Of a stretch of DNA of 64,000 bases, positions 41,940 through 49,790 are shown piece by piece (within the stretch, counting starts at the first letter, position 1; every line of letters starts with the position of its first letter). The notes below the pieces were generated by a model. The model ran no database searches and was not told the origin of the DNA. It saw nothing but the letters and a program-made list of their open reading frames with translations. Source of the stretch: Tagaea sp. Its GTDB lineage: Bacteria; Pseudomonadota; Alphaproteobacteria; CACIAM-22H2. The stretch covers positions 576,001 to 640,000 of the forward strand of contig CBDIIB010000005.1 in the NCBI GenBank assembly GCA_965279525.1, given 5' to 3'. A program made the position numbers and the translations under genes.

Positions 41940-42446
41940 ATGCACTGCGAGACCCTCGCCAAAAACGCGCCTTCGGGCGCGATCCCGGTTGCTATCGAAG
42001 AGCTCTTCGAGAAGCTGCGCCTTGCGCGTGTCAATCGGGAAAAGGCCGAAGCGACGGTCGAAGAAGAACAGGCCAATGCCATCCAGCTCGAGCGTCTGAT
42101 CGCTGGACTGGTCGCTCTTCTCCCGGCGGCCGATCAATCCAAATACCGCGCTAGGCTGAGTCCGGCGGCACCGTCGAAGGGCGGCATTGTCTTCGACAAC
42201 GTCGTCAGCCTTTTCCGCGATGCTCCGAATCAACAGTGGACGCCGACGAGCGTTCAGGCGGCGCTTGAAAAAAAGGGCGTCAGTGCCGACACAAAAGCAA
42301 TCGCAAATATCCTCGCCTATTTGGCGCGGTCCGGAAAACTGGTGCGAGCTGCTCGCGGACATTACGTCTCGCAAGGCTGGATGATCGTCACGAGCGACGA
42401 AATCGAAGCCGATGAGATGAGCCGCGAAAAGTTCGCCGAACTGTAA
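41940..42446 (+). CDS. Hypothetical protein: N-terminal coiled coil plus C-terminal winged-helix-like domain
   Basis: Amphipathic helix LRLARVNREKAEATVEEEQANAIQLERLI; WTPTSVQAAL...IANILAYLARSGKLVRAARGHY wHTH-like pattern. Confidence 0.75.
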   Translation: MHCETLAKNAPSGAIPVAIEELFEKLRLARVNREKAEATVEEEQANAIQLERLIAGLVALLPAADQSKYRARLSPAAPSKGGIVFDNVVSLFRDAPNQQWTPTSVQAALEKKGVSADTKAIANILAYLARSGKLVRAARGHYVSQGWMIVTSDEIEADEMSREKFAEL

Positions 42447-42451
42447 GGAGG

Positions 42452-42483
42452 AAAAGAAAACGCCGCCGGTTGGATCGGCGGCG
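42452..42483 (-). terminator. Intrinsic terminator-like hairpin (minus strand)
   Basis: CGCCGCCGGT-TGG-ATCGGCGGCG stem, followed on the minus strand by TTTTCTTTT. Confidence 0.6.
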
Positions 42484-42491
42484 TCAGGAAA

Positions 42492-42577
42492 ACCAGGGTG
42501 GCGAAAATGGTAGACGCAACAGAGTTGGATTCTGTGGGTCCGTGGTGGCCGTGTGGGTTCGAGTCCCGCCCCTGGTA
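42492..42577 (+). tRNA. Irregular type II tRNA: Leu-type body with UGG (Pro) anticodon
   Basis: ACCAGGG/CCCTGGT acceptor, A73; D arm GCG-AAAATGGTAGA-CGC; anticodon arm ACAGA-GTTGGAT-TCTGT; variable stem; T arm GTGGG-TTCGAGT-CCCGC; CCA not encoded. Confidence 0.85.
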
Positions 42578-42602
42578 CATATGTTGAGCGTTCGGTTCTT
42601 GT

Positions 42603-42705
42603 GCCCCTGTGGTGCAATTGGAAAGACACGGCGGTGGCTACACCGCCGTCCCTAGAAGCTGGCCGGCTTCGAAGGACTGTGCAGGTTCGAATCCTGTCAG
42701 GGGCA
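42603..42705 (+). tRNA. Irregular tRNA-like RNA: Leu-type body, no canonical anticodon loop, very long variable arm
   Basis: GCCCCTG/CAGGGGC acceptor, A73; D arm GTG-CAATTGGAAAGA-CAC; GCGGTG-GCTA-CACCGC arm; variable arm GTCC..GAAGCT-GGCC-GGCTTC..GGAC; T arm GCAGG-TTCGAAT-CCTGT. Confidence 0.8.
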
Positions 42706-42761
42706 CCCTTAGCAGTCAACACTAAACTCTTGGATTCATTGTCGAATAGAAATTCGGACTC

Positions 42762-42774
42762 TTTCAATCACTTA
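42762..42774 (+). promoter_or_regulatory. IHF-like site
   Basis: TTTCAATCACTTA, one mismatch to WATCAANNNNTTR. Confidence 0.4.
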
Positions 42775-42859
42775 GCTAGCGCCTAGGCCTGCGTCTGCTG
42801 CGCGTTCTCCAACGTACTGCTTCCAAAGGCCTTCGACTCGACAAGAATCCCGTAGCCAA

Positions 42860-42874
42860 GACAAGGGCGCGTGA
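42860..42874 (+). repeat. Right direct repeat (att-like) GACAAGGGCGCGTGA
   Basis: 14/15 identical to 41707-41721; also reads D-K-G-A-stop. Confidence 0.8.
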
Positions 42875-42878
42875 GCCT

Positions 42879-43322
42879 CTAGCCGACGACGTTCCCGCGC
42901 ACCCATTTGCGCACGATCGTGTCGTCGGACGGCCAGTGCATCGGCTGCACGCCGGTCAGCTGCGCCAGCACGCATTTCCACGTGCCGCCCTCGCGCACAT
43001 AGGTGTCGGTGTAGCGGGTCATGCCGGTCACTTCGGTGCCCTCGCGCACGCGCACCCATTTGGTGGCCGAACTCACCAGTGCCATGTCGCCGAAGATCTC
43101 GATCCGCTCGTCGCGATAGTCCCAGTAGACGATCACGGCCGGATCGAAGCCGGTCGCCCATTCGACCAGATAGGCCGCGCGGTCGGTGCGCGAGCCGTCG
43201 GAATTGATGCAGGTGAAACGCGGATGGATGATCGCGTCGTGCGACGGCACGTCGTTGGTGACGAAGTTCTCGATGAACTTCGCGTTCAGCGCGCGCAGGG
43301 CGGCAAGGGTGTCGGCGGTCAT
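42879..43322 (-). CDS. Nuclear transport factor 2 (DUF4440) family protein
   Basis: IEIFGDMALV, TRYTDTYVREGGTWKCVLAQ. Confidence 0.85.
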   Translation of the reverse strand: MTADTLAALRALNAKFIENFVTNDVPSHDAIIHPRFTCINSDGSRTDRAAYLVEWATGFDPAVIVYWDYRDERIEIFGDMALVSSATKWVRVREGTEVTGMTRYTDTYVREGGTWKCVLAQLTGVQPMHWPSDDTIVRKWVRGNVVG

Positions 43323-43333
43323 GTCGCAGATTA

Positions 43334-43427
43334 CCCTCACCCCGGCCCTCTCCCGCAAGCGGGAGAGGGGGATGACAAAACGCGGTGGGTCCCCTCTCCC
43401 GCTAGCGGGAGAGGGTTAGGGTGAGGG
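43334..43427. repeat. REP-like inverted doublet (CCCTCACCC...CCCTCTCCCGCAAGCGGGAGAGGG family)
   Basis: Two palindromic units in inverted orientation separated by ~20 bp. Confidence 0.85.
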
Positions 43428-43469
43428 CGGTTGCTGTGAGTCCCGGGGATAAGTCGAAAGATCCATGAC

Positions 43470-43485
43470 CCCCAAAATCTTGTGG
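43470..43485. promoter_or_regulatory. NrdR box candidate
   Basis: CCCCAAAATCTTGTGG resembles acaCwAtATaTwGtgt, directly upstream of an RNR gene. Confidence 0.6.
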
Positions 43486-43578
43486 GTCTGGACACTGTGG
43501 AAACATATCAAGAACAAACATTTGCCGGAAGCCGGGGCGAGGCATAAACTCGCGCCCGCAACTGAGCCAGGAACCGAC

Positions 43579-45987
43579 ATGCGCCCGATCGCCGCCATTT
43601 CCCAGCAGATCTGGGACATGAAGTACCGCTTCAAGGCCGCCGACGGCGCCCCGATCGACAAGTCGATCGAGGATACGTGGATGCGCGTGGCGACGTCGCT
43701 GGCGAGCGTCGAGAAGGAGCCCGAGCTGTGGGCCAAGCGCTTCTACGAAGCGCTCGACGGCTTCAAGTTCATCCCCGCGGGCCGCATCGTCGCAGGCGCC
43801 GGAACCGCGCGCCACGTCACCCTCTTCAACTGCTTCGTCATGGGCACGGTGCCCGACGACATGGGCGGCATCTTCGGCCATCTGCGCGAGGCGGCCCTGA
43901 CGATGCAGCAGGGCGGTGGCATCGGCTACGACTTCTCCACGCTGCGCCCGAAGGGTGCCGCCGTGAAGGGCGTGGGCGCCGACGCGTCGGGCCCGCTCAC
44001 CTTCATGGACGTGTGGGACGCGATGTGCCGCACCATCATGTCGGCCGGCCACCGGCGCGGCGCCATGATGGCGACGATGCGCTGCGACCATCCGGACATC
44101 GAGGCCTTCGTCGAGGCCAAGCGCGAGCCCGGCCGGCTGCGCATGTTCAACCTCTCCGTCCTCGTCACCGACGCCTTCATGACGGCCGTAAAGGAGGACG
44201 CGCCCTGGCAGCTCGTCTTCGGCGGCACGCATTACAAGACGCTGCGCGCGCGCGAGCTGTGGGACAAGATCATGCGCGCCACGTTCGCCTATGCCGAACC
44301 GGGCGTGATCTTCATCGACCGGATCAACCGCACCAATAACCTATGGTACGCGGAGTCCATCGCGGCGACGAACCCGTGCGGCGAGCAGCCGCTGCCGCCC
44401 TATGGTGCGTGCCTGCTGGGCTCGATCAACCTCGCCGCCCTTGTGTCCGACCCGTTCGGCGACAACGCGGCACTCGACGAATCCGAGCTTGAACGGCTTG
44501 TACCTCTCGCCGTGCGGATGATGGACAACGTGACCGACGTGTCGCGCTTCCCGCTGCCCGAGCAGGAGCACGAGGCGCGCGCCAAGCGGCGCATCGGCCT
44601 TGGCGTGACCGGGCTCGCGGATGCACTTCTGATGTGCAAGTCGCGCTACGGCTCGGAAGGGGCCGTGGCACTGACCGAACGCTGGATGATGCTGATCCGC
44701 AAGGCGGCGTACCGCGCGTCGGTCGATCTCGCGCGCGAGAAGGGCGCCTTCCCGCTGTTCGACCGCGAGAAATACCTGCAAGGCCCGGCCATCGAGGCGC
44801 TGGACGAGGAAACGCGCGCAGGCATCGCCGAACACGGCATCCGCAATGCGCTGCTGACCTCGATAGCACCCACCGGCACGATCTCGCTGATGGCCGACAA
44901 CGTGTCGTCGGGGCTCGAGCCCGTCTTCTCGTTCAGCTACACGCGCACGGTGCTGATGCCGGATGGCACGCGCCGCGACGAGGAAGTGTCGGACCACGCC
45001 TACCGGCTCTACAAGCGCATGTTCGGCGACAACGCGCAGCTGCCCGACTATTTCGTCGATGCGCAGCGCCTGACCCCCGCCGAGCATGTCGTGATGCAGG
45101 CGGCGGTGCAGAAATACATCGACGCGTCGATCTCCAAGACGATCAACTGCCCGGAGGACATGTCCTTCGACGCGTTCAAGGACATCTACACGCAGGCTTA
45201 CGCGCTGGGCTGCAAGGGCTGCACGACCTACCGGCCCAACGACATCACCGGCTCGGTGCTGACGGTCAAGAAGGACGACAAGAAATCGCCCGTGCAGCAC
45301 TCGCTGCCGCTGGGCAAGGCGCCGGCCAAGCACGCCGACGCGTTCGAGGCGGGCGGCGTGGTCTACATGACGCGCCCGCTCGACCGGCCCGAAGCGCTGC
45401 CCGGCCAGACCTACAAGATCAAATGGGCGGATGCCGAGCACGCGCTCTACATCACGATCAACGACGTGGTCACCGACGGGCGGCGGCGGCCGTTCGAAGT
45501 GTTCATCAACTCGAAGAACATGGAGCACTACGCCTGGACCGTGGCGCTGACGCGGATGATCTCGGCGGTGTTCCGGCGCGGCGGCGACGTGTCGTTCGTG
45601 GTCGAGGAGCTCAAGGCCGTGTTCGACCCGCGCGGCGGCCAGTGGATGAACGGGCGCTATGTCCCCTCGCTGCTCGCCGCGATCGGCGAGGTGATCGAAC
45701 GCCACATGATCCAGATCGGCTTCCTGCGGGCCGGCGAAGCGCTGGCCCAGGACCCCGTCGCCGAAATCCTGCCGATGGCGATGCTGGGCGGGGCCGGTGC
45801 CGTCGAAACGCCGGCGTCGTCCGCGTCGTCCTCAAGCGTCGCCGCCCTCTTCGCCGACCAACCGGCCGACGGCCCCCGCCCGCGCCTTGCCGGCTCGCGC
45901 TCCTGCCCCAAATGCCAGGCGCCGACGCTGATCAAGATGGAAGGCTGCGACACCTGCACGAGCTGCGGGTATTCGAAGTGCGGGTGA
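43579..45987 (+). CDS. nrdJ: Class II (adenosylcobalamin-dependent) ribonucleotide reductase
   Basis: TLFNCFV, TNPCGEQPL, IAPTGTIS, TSCPD-like domain and C-terminal CPKC..CTSC zinc ribbon. Confidence 0.95.
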   Translation: MRPIAAISQQIWDMKYRFKAADGAPIDKSIEDTWMRVATSLASVEKEPELWAKRFYEALDGFKFIPAGRIVAGAGTARHVTLFNCFVMGTVPDDMGGIFGHLREAALTMQQGGGIGYDFSTLRPKGAAVKGVGADASGPLTFMDVWDAMCRTIMSAGHRRGAMMATMRCDHPDIEAFVEAKREPGRLRMFNLSVLVTDAFMTAVKEDAPWQLVFGGTHYKTLRARELWDKIMRATFAYAEPGVIFIDRINRTNNLWYAESIAATNPCGEQPLPPYGACLLGSINLAALVSDPFGDNAALDESELERLVPLAVRMMDNVTDVSRFPLPEQEHEARAKRRIGLGVTGLADALLMCKSRYGSEGAVALTERWMMLIRKAAYRASVDLAREKGAFPLFDREKYLQGPAIEALDEETRAGIAEHGIRNALLTSIAPTGTISLMADNVSSGLEPVFSFSYTRTVLMPDGTRRDEEVSDHAYRLYKRMFGDNAQLPDYFVDAQRLTPAEHVVMQAAVQKYIDASISKTINCPEDMSFDAFKDIYTQAYALGCKGCTTYRPNDITGSVLTVKKDDKKSPVQHSLPLGKAPAKHADAFEAGGVVYMTRPLDRPEALPGQTYKIKWADAEHALYITINDVVTDGRRRPFEVFINSKNMEHYAWTVALTRMISAVFRRGGDVSFVVEELKAVFDPRGGQWMNGRYVPSLLAAIGEVIERHMIQIGFLRAGEALAQDPVAEILPMAMLGGAGAVETPASSASSSSVAALFADQPADGPRPRLAGSRSCPKCQAPTLIKMEGCDTCTSCGYSKCG

Positions 45988-45993
45988 GGTCGA

Positions 45994-46022
45994 GACGGCG
46001 CTGACGCGCCGTCGCGCTTTTT
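45994..46022 (+). terminator. Intrinsic terminator candidate after nrdJ
   Basis: GACGGCGC-TGAC-GCGCCGTC followed by GCGCTTTTT. Confidence 0.55.
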
Positions 46023-46044
46023 ATCTACAGGACTCACCTCCACC

Positions 46045-46327
46045 CGTCATGCCCGGGCTTGACCCGGGCATCCACGACTTCAACACGCATGACGGGAAAT
46101 ATTATGGGTTTAATTTCTTTACAACTAGAACGGGTTCCGGCAGGATCGCGGAAGGTCCGCCGTGCTCTTTGACAAGTGAATATGGCTTGTGAAAACGCCG
46201 CAAATCTGGCGTTACACGAAGTGCGCGTTACGTTACATGCGTGCAACTTCAAGGGGATAAATAGGTTACGGTAACCAGTGGTAACCTATTGTCGGCGTGG
46301 ATGGCCGGGTCAAGCCCGGCCATGACG
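46045..46327. repeat. Inverted REP pair (CGTCATGCCCGGGCTTGACCCGGGCATCCACG) enclosing a ~220-bp AT-rich spacer
   Basis: 32-bp units at 46045-46076 and 46296-46327 in inverted orientation. Confidence 0.85.
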
Positions 46328-46353
46328 TTCGTGCGGCATGCGCCGCGCAAACG

Positions 46354-46938
46354 TCACTTCTTCCCGTTCTCCTGCGGGTCGATATAGCCGCGTTCGATCG
46401 CGCGGTGCAGCGCCTCGTAGGCCTTCACGCCTTCCTCGAACAGCGCGCGCTTCTCCTGCACGTTCTGGAGCTGCTCGGGGTCGGACTTGTCGTCGAGGAA
46501 GCAGTCCATCGCCGCCTGCAGGTAGTCCGCGCGCAGCTTGGCGACCGATGCGGCGAACTCGATGAAGCGTTCGCGCGTGAGGCCGGGGATCTGCGCGTGG
46601 ATGATCTCGCGGTTGACGAGCCGGATCGACTTGTCGAGATAGGCGAGCATCTTCTTGAGATCCTCCGTCGGCGCCCAAGGATCGGTGCTCATCTTCTGTC
46701 TCCTTCCGAATTTCTTTTTTGGCGGTGGCAGGCGTGCGGGGTCCACCGCGAATTCGTGCACGGGCAGGTCGGCTTCCTCGGCCAGCAGGCCCGAGCGGCC
46801 GAGCGAGGCCGTGAAGGCCGCTAGTGTTTCGTCCGTGCCGCGCGCGATCACGTCGGCGACCACGCCGCCGCGCAGCTGGCGGATCTGGTCGATGGCCCGC
46901 GTGCGCCGCTCCGGTTCGATCGGCGCGATGGCGGTCAT
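46354..46938 (-). CDS. Hypothetical protein(s); probably two genes (second start ATG 46692) joined in frame
   Basis: ATGA coupling at the 5' end; internal AAGGAG SD before ATG 46692. Confidence 0.7.
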   Translation of the reverse strand: MTAIAPIEPERRTRAIDQIRQLRGGVVADVIARGTDETLAAFTASLGRSGLLAEEADLPVHEFAVDPARLPPPKKKFGRRQKMSTDPWAPTEDLKKMLAYLDKSIRLVNREIIHAQIPGLTRERFIEFAASVAKLRADYLQAAMDCFLDDKSDPEQLQNVQEKRALFEEGVKAYEALHRAIERGYIDPQENGKK

Positions 46939-47234
46939 TTCGCCGGCTTCTTCGCGCCCGTGCTCGCGGCAAGGGCGGTGGCGCCGGCAGCACCCTTGGC
47001 ACCCAGCATCTGCACGACGCGCGAATAGACCAGCGGCGGCGCGGGCGCGTCGATCTCGCGCAGCAGCTTCACGGTGGGTTCCACCTCCTGCAGGATCGCG
47101 CGCGCGTTGTGCACGAGCAGGCGGTTGCGCAGGTGGATTTCCTTGTTGAGCGCGTCGATCTTCTCGGCGTCGTCGAGGCTGAAATTCTTCACCTCGTCGT
47201 CCTTCGGCGAGCGGTAGTCCTCGAGGAACTTCAT
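46935..47234 (-). CDS. Hypothetical protein (99 aa)
   Basis: GGAGGG SD; ATGA overlaps at both ends; typical GC-rich codons. Confidence 0.75.
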   Translation of the reverse strand: MKFLEDYRSPKDDEVKNFSLDDAEKIDALNKEIHLRNRLLVHNARAILQEVEPTVKLLREIDAPAPPLVYSRVVQMLGAKGAAGATALAASTGAKKPAK

Positions 47235-47821
47235 GCGCCCTCCTTCACCGCCGCGAGCAGCGTGTGCAGGCGGCGGTCGCGGATGCCGAGCCGGTCGAGA
47301 TGCTCGACCGTGTTTTCCAGATACACGCGGTTGGCGCCCCGCTGGCCGACCGAATGGCGGATGCGCGCGGCGGTCTCGGCGACCGCGAGCTTGCCGGCAT
47401 AACCCGGCCGCGCACGGTCGACCACGAAGGTGCGCGCCACCACCTCGCGCCCGTCGGCGAGCGTCACCGGCAGATCCATGCAATGGTAAGAACTGTTAAG
47501 CATCTCGCGGTCCCACAGATAGGCCATCGTCTTGTCGCCGTCGGCCTTGGCCACGCGATAGGCGATGCCGCGGCACGAGCCGCCCTTGTCGAGGCCCAGC
47601 ACCAGGCCCGGCTTTTCCGGCGTGCCGCGATAGCGCGTCGAGTTGATGCAGAAGGCGCGGTGGAAGCCCATCAGGCGGGCGGGTCGCGCCTCCTCGTAGG
47701 GGAAGCCCGGATCCCAGATCAGCGAGCCGTAGGCGAAGACCCAGAATTCGTCGGCCTCGGGCGGCGGCGGACAGCCTTCGCACGGCGCGATCTTCCCGGT
47801 CCTCTTCTTGGCTTGCGCCAT
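47231..47821 (-). CDS. chaC: Gamma-glutamylcyclotransferase (ChaC family)
   Basis: WVFAYGSLIW, YRGTPEKPGLVLGL, YLWDRE. Confidence 0.9.
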   Translation of the reverse strand: MAQAKKRTGKIAPCEGCPPPPEADEFWVFAYGSLIWDPGFPYEEARPARLMGFHRAFCINSTRYRGTPEKPGLVLGLDKGGSCRGIAYRVAKADGDKTMAYLWDREMLNSSYHCMDLPVTLADGREVVARTFVVDRARPGYAGKLAVAETAARIRHSVGQRGANRVYLENTVEHLDRLGIRDRRLHTLLAAVKEGA

Positions 47822-47826
47822 TACTC

Positions 47827-48705
47827 TTAACCTCGCTGAACGAGCGCCACCCCTGCCGCCGCGACCGCCATGCCGGCCAGCGCCAGCACCCCCAGCGTCT
47901 CGCCGAACAGCAGCCACGCCACCACCGCCGTGCAGGGCGGGACGAGATAGAAGAAGCTCGCCACCTTCGCCGCCGCCCCCTGGCGCACCAGCACCATCAA
48001 GAGGCTGACGGCCCCCACCGAAAGCACGACGACCAGCCAGGCCATCGCGACAACGAACTCGGGCGTCCAGCGTATCGCCATCGTCTCGAAAGTCAAAGCG
48101 AAGGGCAGCAGGAACGCCGTCGCCGCGACATACTGGATGACGGCGCCGGTCCTCAGGTCCACGTTCGGGCAGTGCCGCTTCTGGTAGAGCGTGCCGGCCG
48201 CGATCCCGCCAAGGGCCACGACCGACGGCCACACCGCGACCAGCGGGATGCCCTCGAAGGCGAGCTTCTCCCACAGCACGGCGAGCACGCCAGCAAGCCC
48301 CATCCACAGGCCGATCCACTGGCGCCCGTTGACGCGCTCGCCCAGCAGCGGGCCGACGACCGTGGCGGTCAGCAGCGGCTGCACGCCCACGATCAGCGCC
48401 GACACGCCCGCCGGCAGTCCCCACGCGATCGACACGAACACGCCGCCCAGATAGAAGCCGTGCAGCACGACGCCCACGACCGCGACATGCCCCCACAGCC
48501 GGCGCTCGGGCCACGGGGCGCGCGTGACGATGACGATGGCGGCGAAGATCGCGATGACCATCGCGAAGCGCACGACCAGGAACGTGACCGGCTCGGCATA
48601 GGGGATGCCCAGCTTCGAGCCGATGAAGCCCGTCGACCACAGCACGACGAACACGAACGGTGCGGCGGCGGTCCAGGAAGCGGCGAATGTGCGGGGGTCT
48701 GCCAA
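47827..48705 (-). CDS. DMT/EamA family transporter
   Basis: LWSTGFI; multi-TM EamA repeat pattern. Confidence 0.9.
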   Translation of the reverse strand: MADPRTFAASWTAAAPFVFVVLWSTGFIGSKLGIPYAEPVTFLVVRFAMVIAIFAAIVIVTRAPWPERRLWGHVAVVGVVLHGFYLGGVFVSIAWGLPAGVSALIVGVQPLLTATVVGPLLGERVNGRQWIGLWMGLAGVLAVLWEKLAFEGIPLVAVWPSVVALGGIAAGTLYQKRHCPNVDLRTGAVIQYVAATAFLLPFALTFETMAIRWTPEFVVAMAWLVVVLSVGAVSLLMVLVRQGAAAKVASFFYLVPPCTAVVAWLLFGETLGVLALAGMAVAAAGVALVQRG

Positions 48706-48746
48706 AGCGGGTCGACATTATCCGGTGCGCGCGATAAGCCAAAGCG

Positions 48747-49790
48747 ATGAAGCGCCCGCTCCGCATGACCGCCATCGTTGCCACCCTTGCGCTGTTCGCA
48801 TGGACGGTGGCGTGGACGATGGCCGCGCGCCATGTCGGTGCCCGCTTCACCGAGTGGACGAAGGCGCAGGAGGCCGCCGGCGTGGCGGTCGGCTACGAAT
48901 CGTTCGACGTGAAGGGCTGGCCCTTCGGCTGGCGCGCGGTGATCGAGAATCCGTCGGTCAAGGGGGCGGGTGCCGCCGGCTGGGCGTGGTCGGGGACGCG
49001 CCTCGTCGCCTCGGTCGATCCGCGCGACTTGTCACGCGTGTCGATCCGCCTGCCGGGCGAACATCTCGTGCGCTTCGGGGCCGGCGACCTTGCCACCAGG
49101 CTTGCGATGCGCGCGGCCAAGCCGGAAGGCACGCTCGCGTTCGACACGGCCGGCCGCGTGACGCGCCTCGATCTCGATCTTGAAGCGCTGGAGCTGCGCA
49201 TCGACGCGATGGCCGAGCCCCTGCAGGTCCGCGCCCTCGTCGCCACGCTCGCCCCGCACCGGCCCGACAACCCGACGCACACGACCGACACGCTCGACAT
49301 CCGGTTCCGCGCCGACGGCGTGCGCCTGCCCGCGCCCGTCGCCCCGCTCGCGGCACTGGGCCGCGACATCGCGTCGGCCGAGCTCGACGCGCGCGTGAAG
49401 GGCCGCATCGCCGGGAGCCGGCTTGCCGAAGCGCTGGCGATCTGGCGCGACGACGGCGGCACGCTCGACGTGGCGAAGGCCGTCCTCGCGTGGGGCCCGC
49501 TGCATTTCGCGGGCGACGGCACGCTGGCGCTTGACGAAAAGAACCGCCCGCTCGGGGCCGCGACCGCGCGCGTCGCCGGCTTCGTCGAGACGATCGATGC
49601 GCTCGCCGGTGCCGGCGCCATCCCGCCGACGACCGGGGCGGTGATGAAGATCGCGCTGTCGGTGCTGGCGCGCGAGAACCCGCAGAACGCCAACCGGCCG
49701 ACCGTCACGGTGCCGATCACGGCGCAGGACGGCGCGCTCAGCGTCCAGCGCTTCCGGCTGTTCGCGATCCCGCCGCTCGATCTCGACTGA
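48747..49790 (+). CDS. DUF2125 domain protein
   Basis: N-terminal TM, GWPFG, WRDDGGTL, GTLALD; near chaC. Confidence 0.82.
   Translation: MKRPLRMTAIVATLALFAWTVAWTMAARHVGARFTEWTKAQEAAGVAVGYESFDVKGWPFGWRAVIENPSVKGAGAAGWAWSGTRLVASVDPRDLSRVSIRLPGEHLVRFGAGDLATRLAMRAAKPEGTLAFDTAGRVTRLDLDLEALELRIDAMAEPLQVRALVATLAPHRPDNPTHTTDTLDIRFRADGVRLPAPVAPLAALGRDIASAELDARVKGRIAGSRLAEALAIWRDDGGTLDVAKAVLAWGPLHFAGDGTLALDEKNRPLGAATARVAGFVETIDALAGAGAIPPTTGAVMKIALSVLARENPQNANRPTVTVPITAQDGALSVQRFRLFAIPPLDLD

Larger units (their letters stand above)
41722..42874. mobile_element. Small non-autonomous inserted islet (wHTH gene plus two irregular tRNA genes)
   Basis: Visibly AT-richer; bounded by a direct repeat; IHF-like sites near both ends; no integrase. 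Confidence 0.7.

Noticed and set aside
42637-42640. CTA in the tRNA-2 loop as an amber suppressor, Pyl or Sec tRNA
   Set aside because: No U33 or 7-nt loop; 7/5 fold with long variable arm; no UCA; no pyl or sel genes in the window
42492-42705. tmRNA, Y RNA or classical allo-tRNA assignment
   Set aside because: No G3:U70 pair or tag frame, D stems present, no Ro60/RtcB gene nearby, fold is 7/5
41922-42767. 281-aa minus-strand ORF across the islet
   Set aside because: Antisense to the wHTH gene and both tRNA genes, crosses a terminator, no protein features
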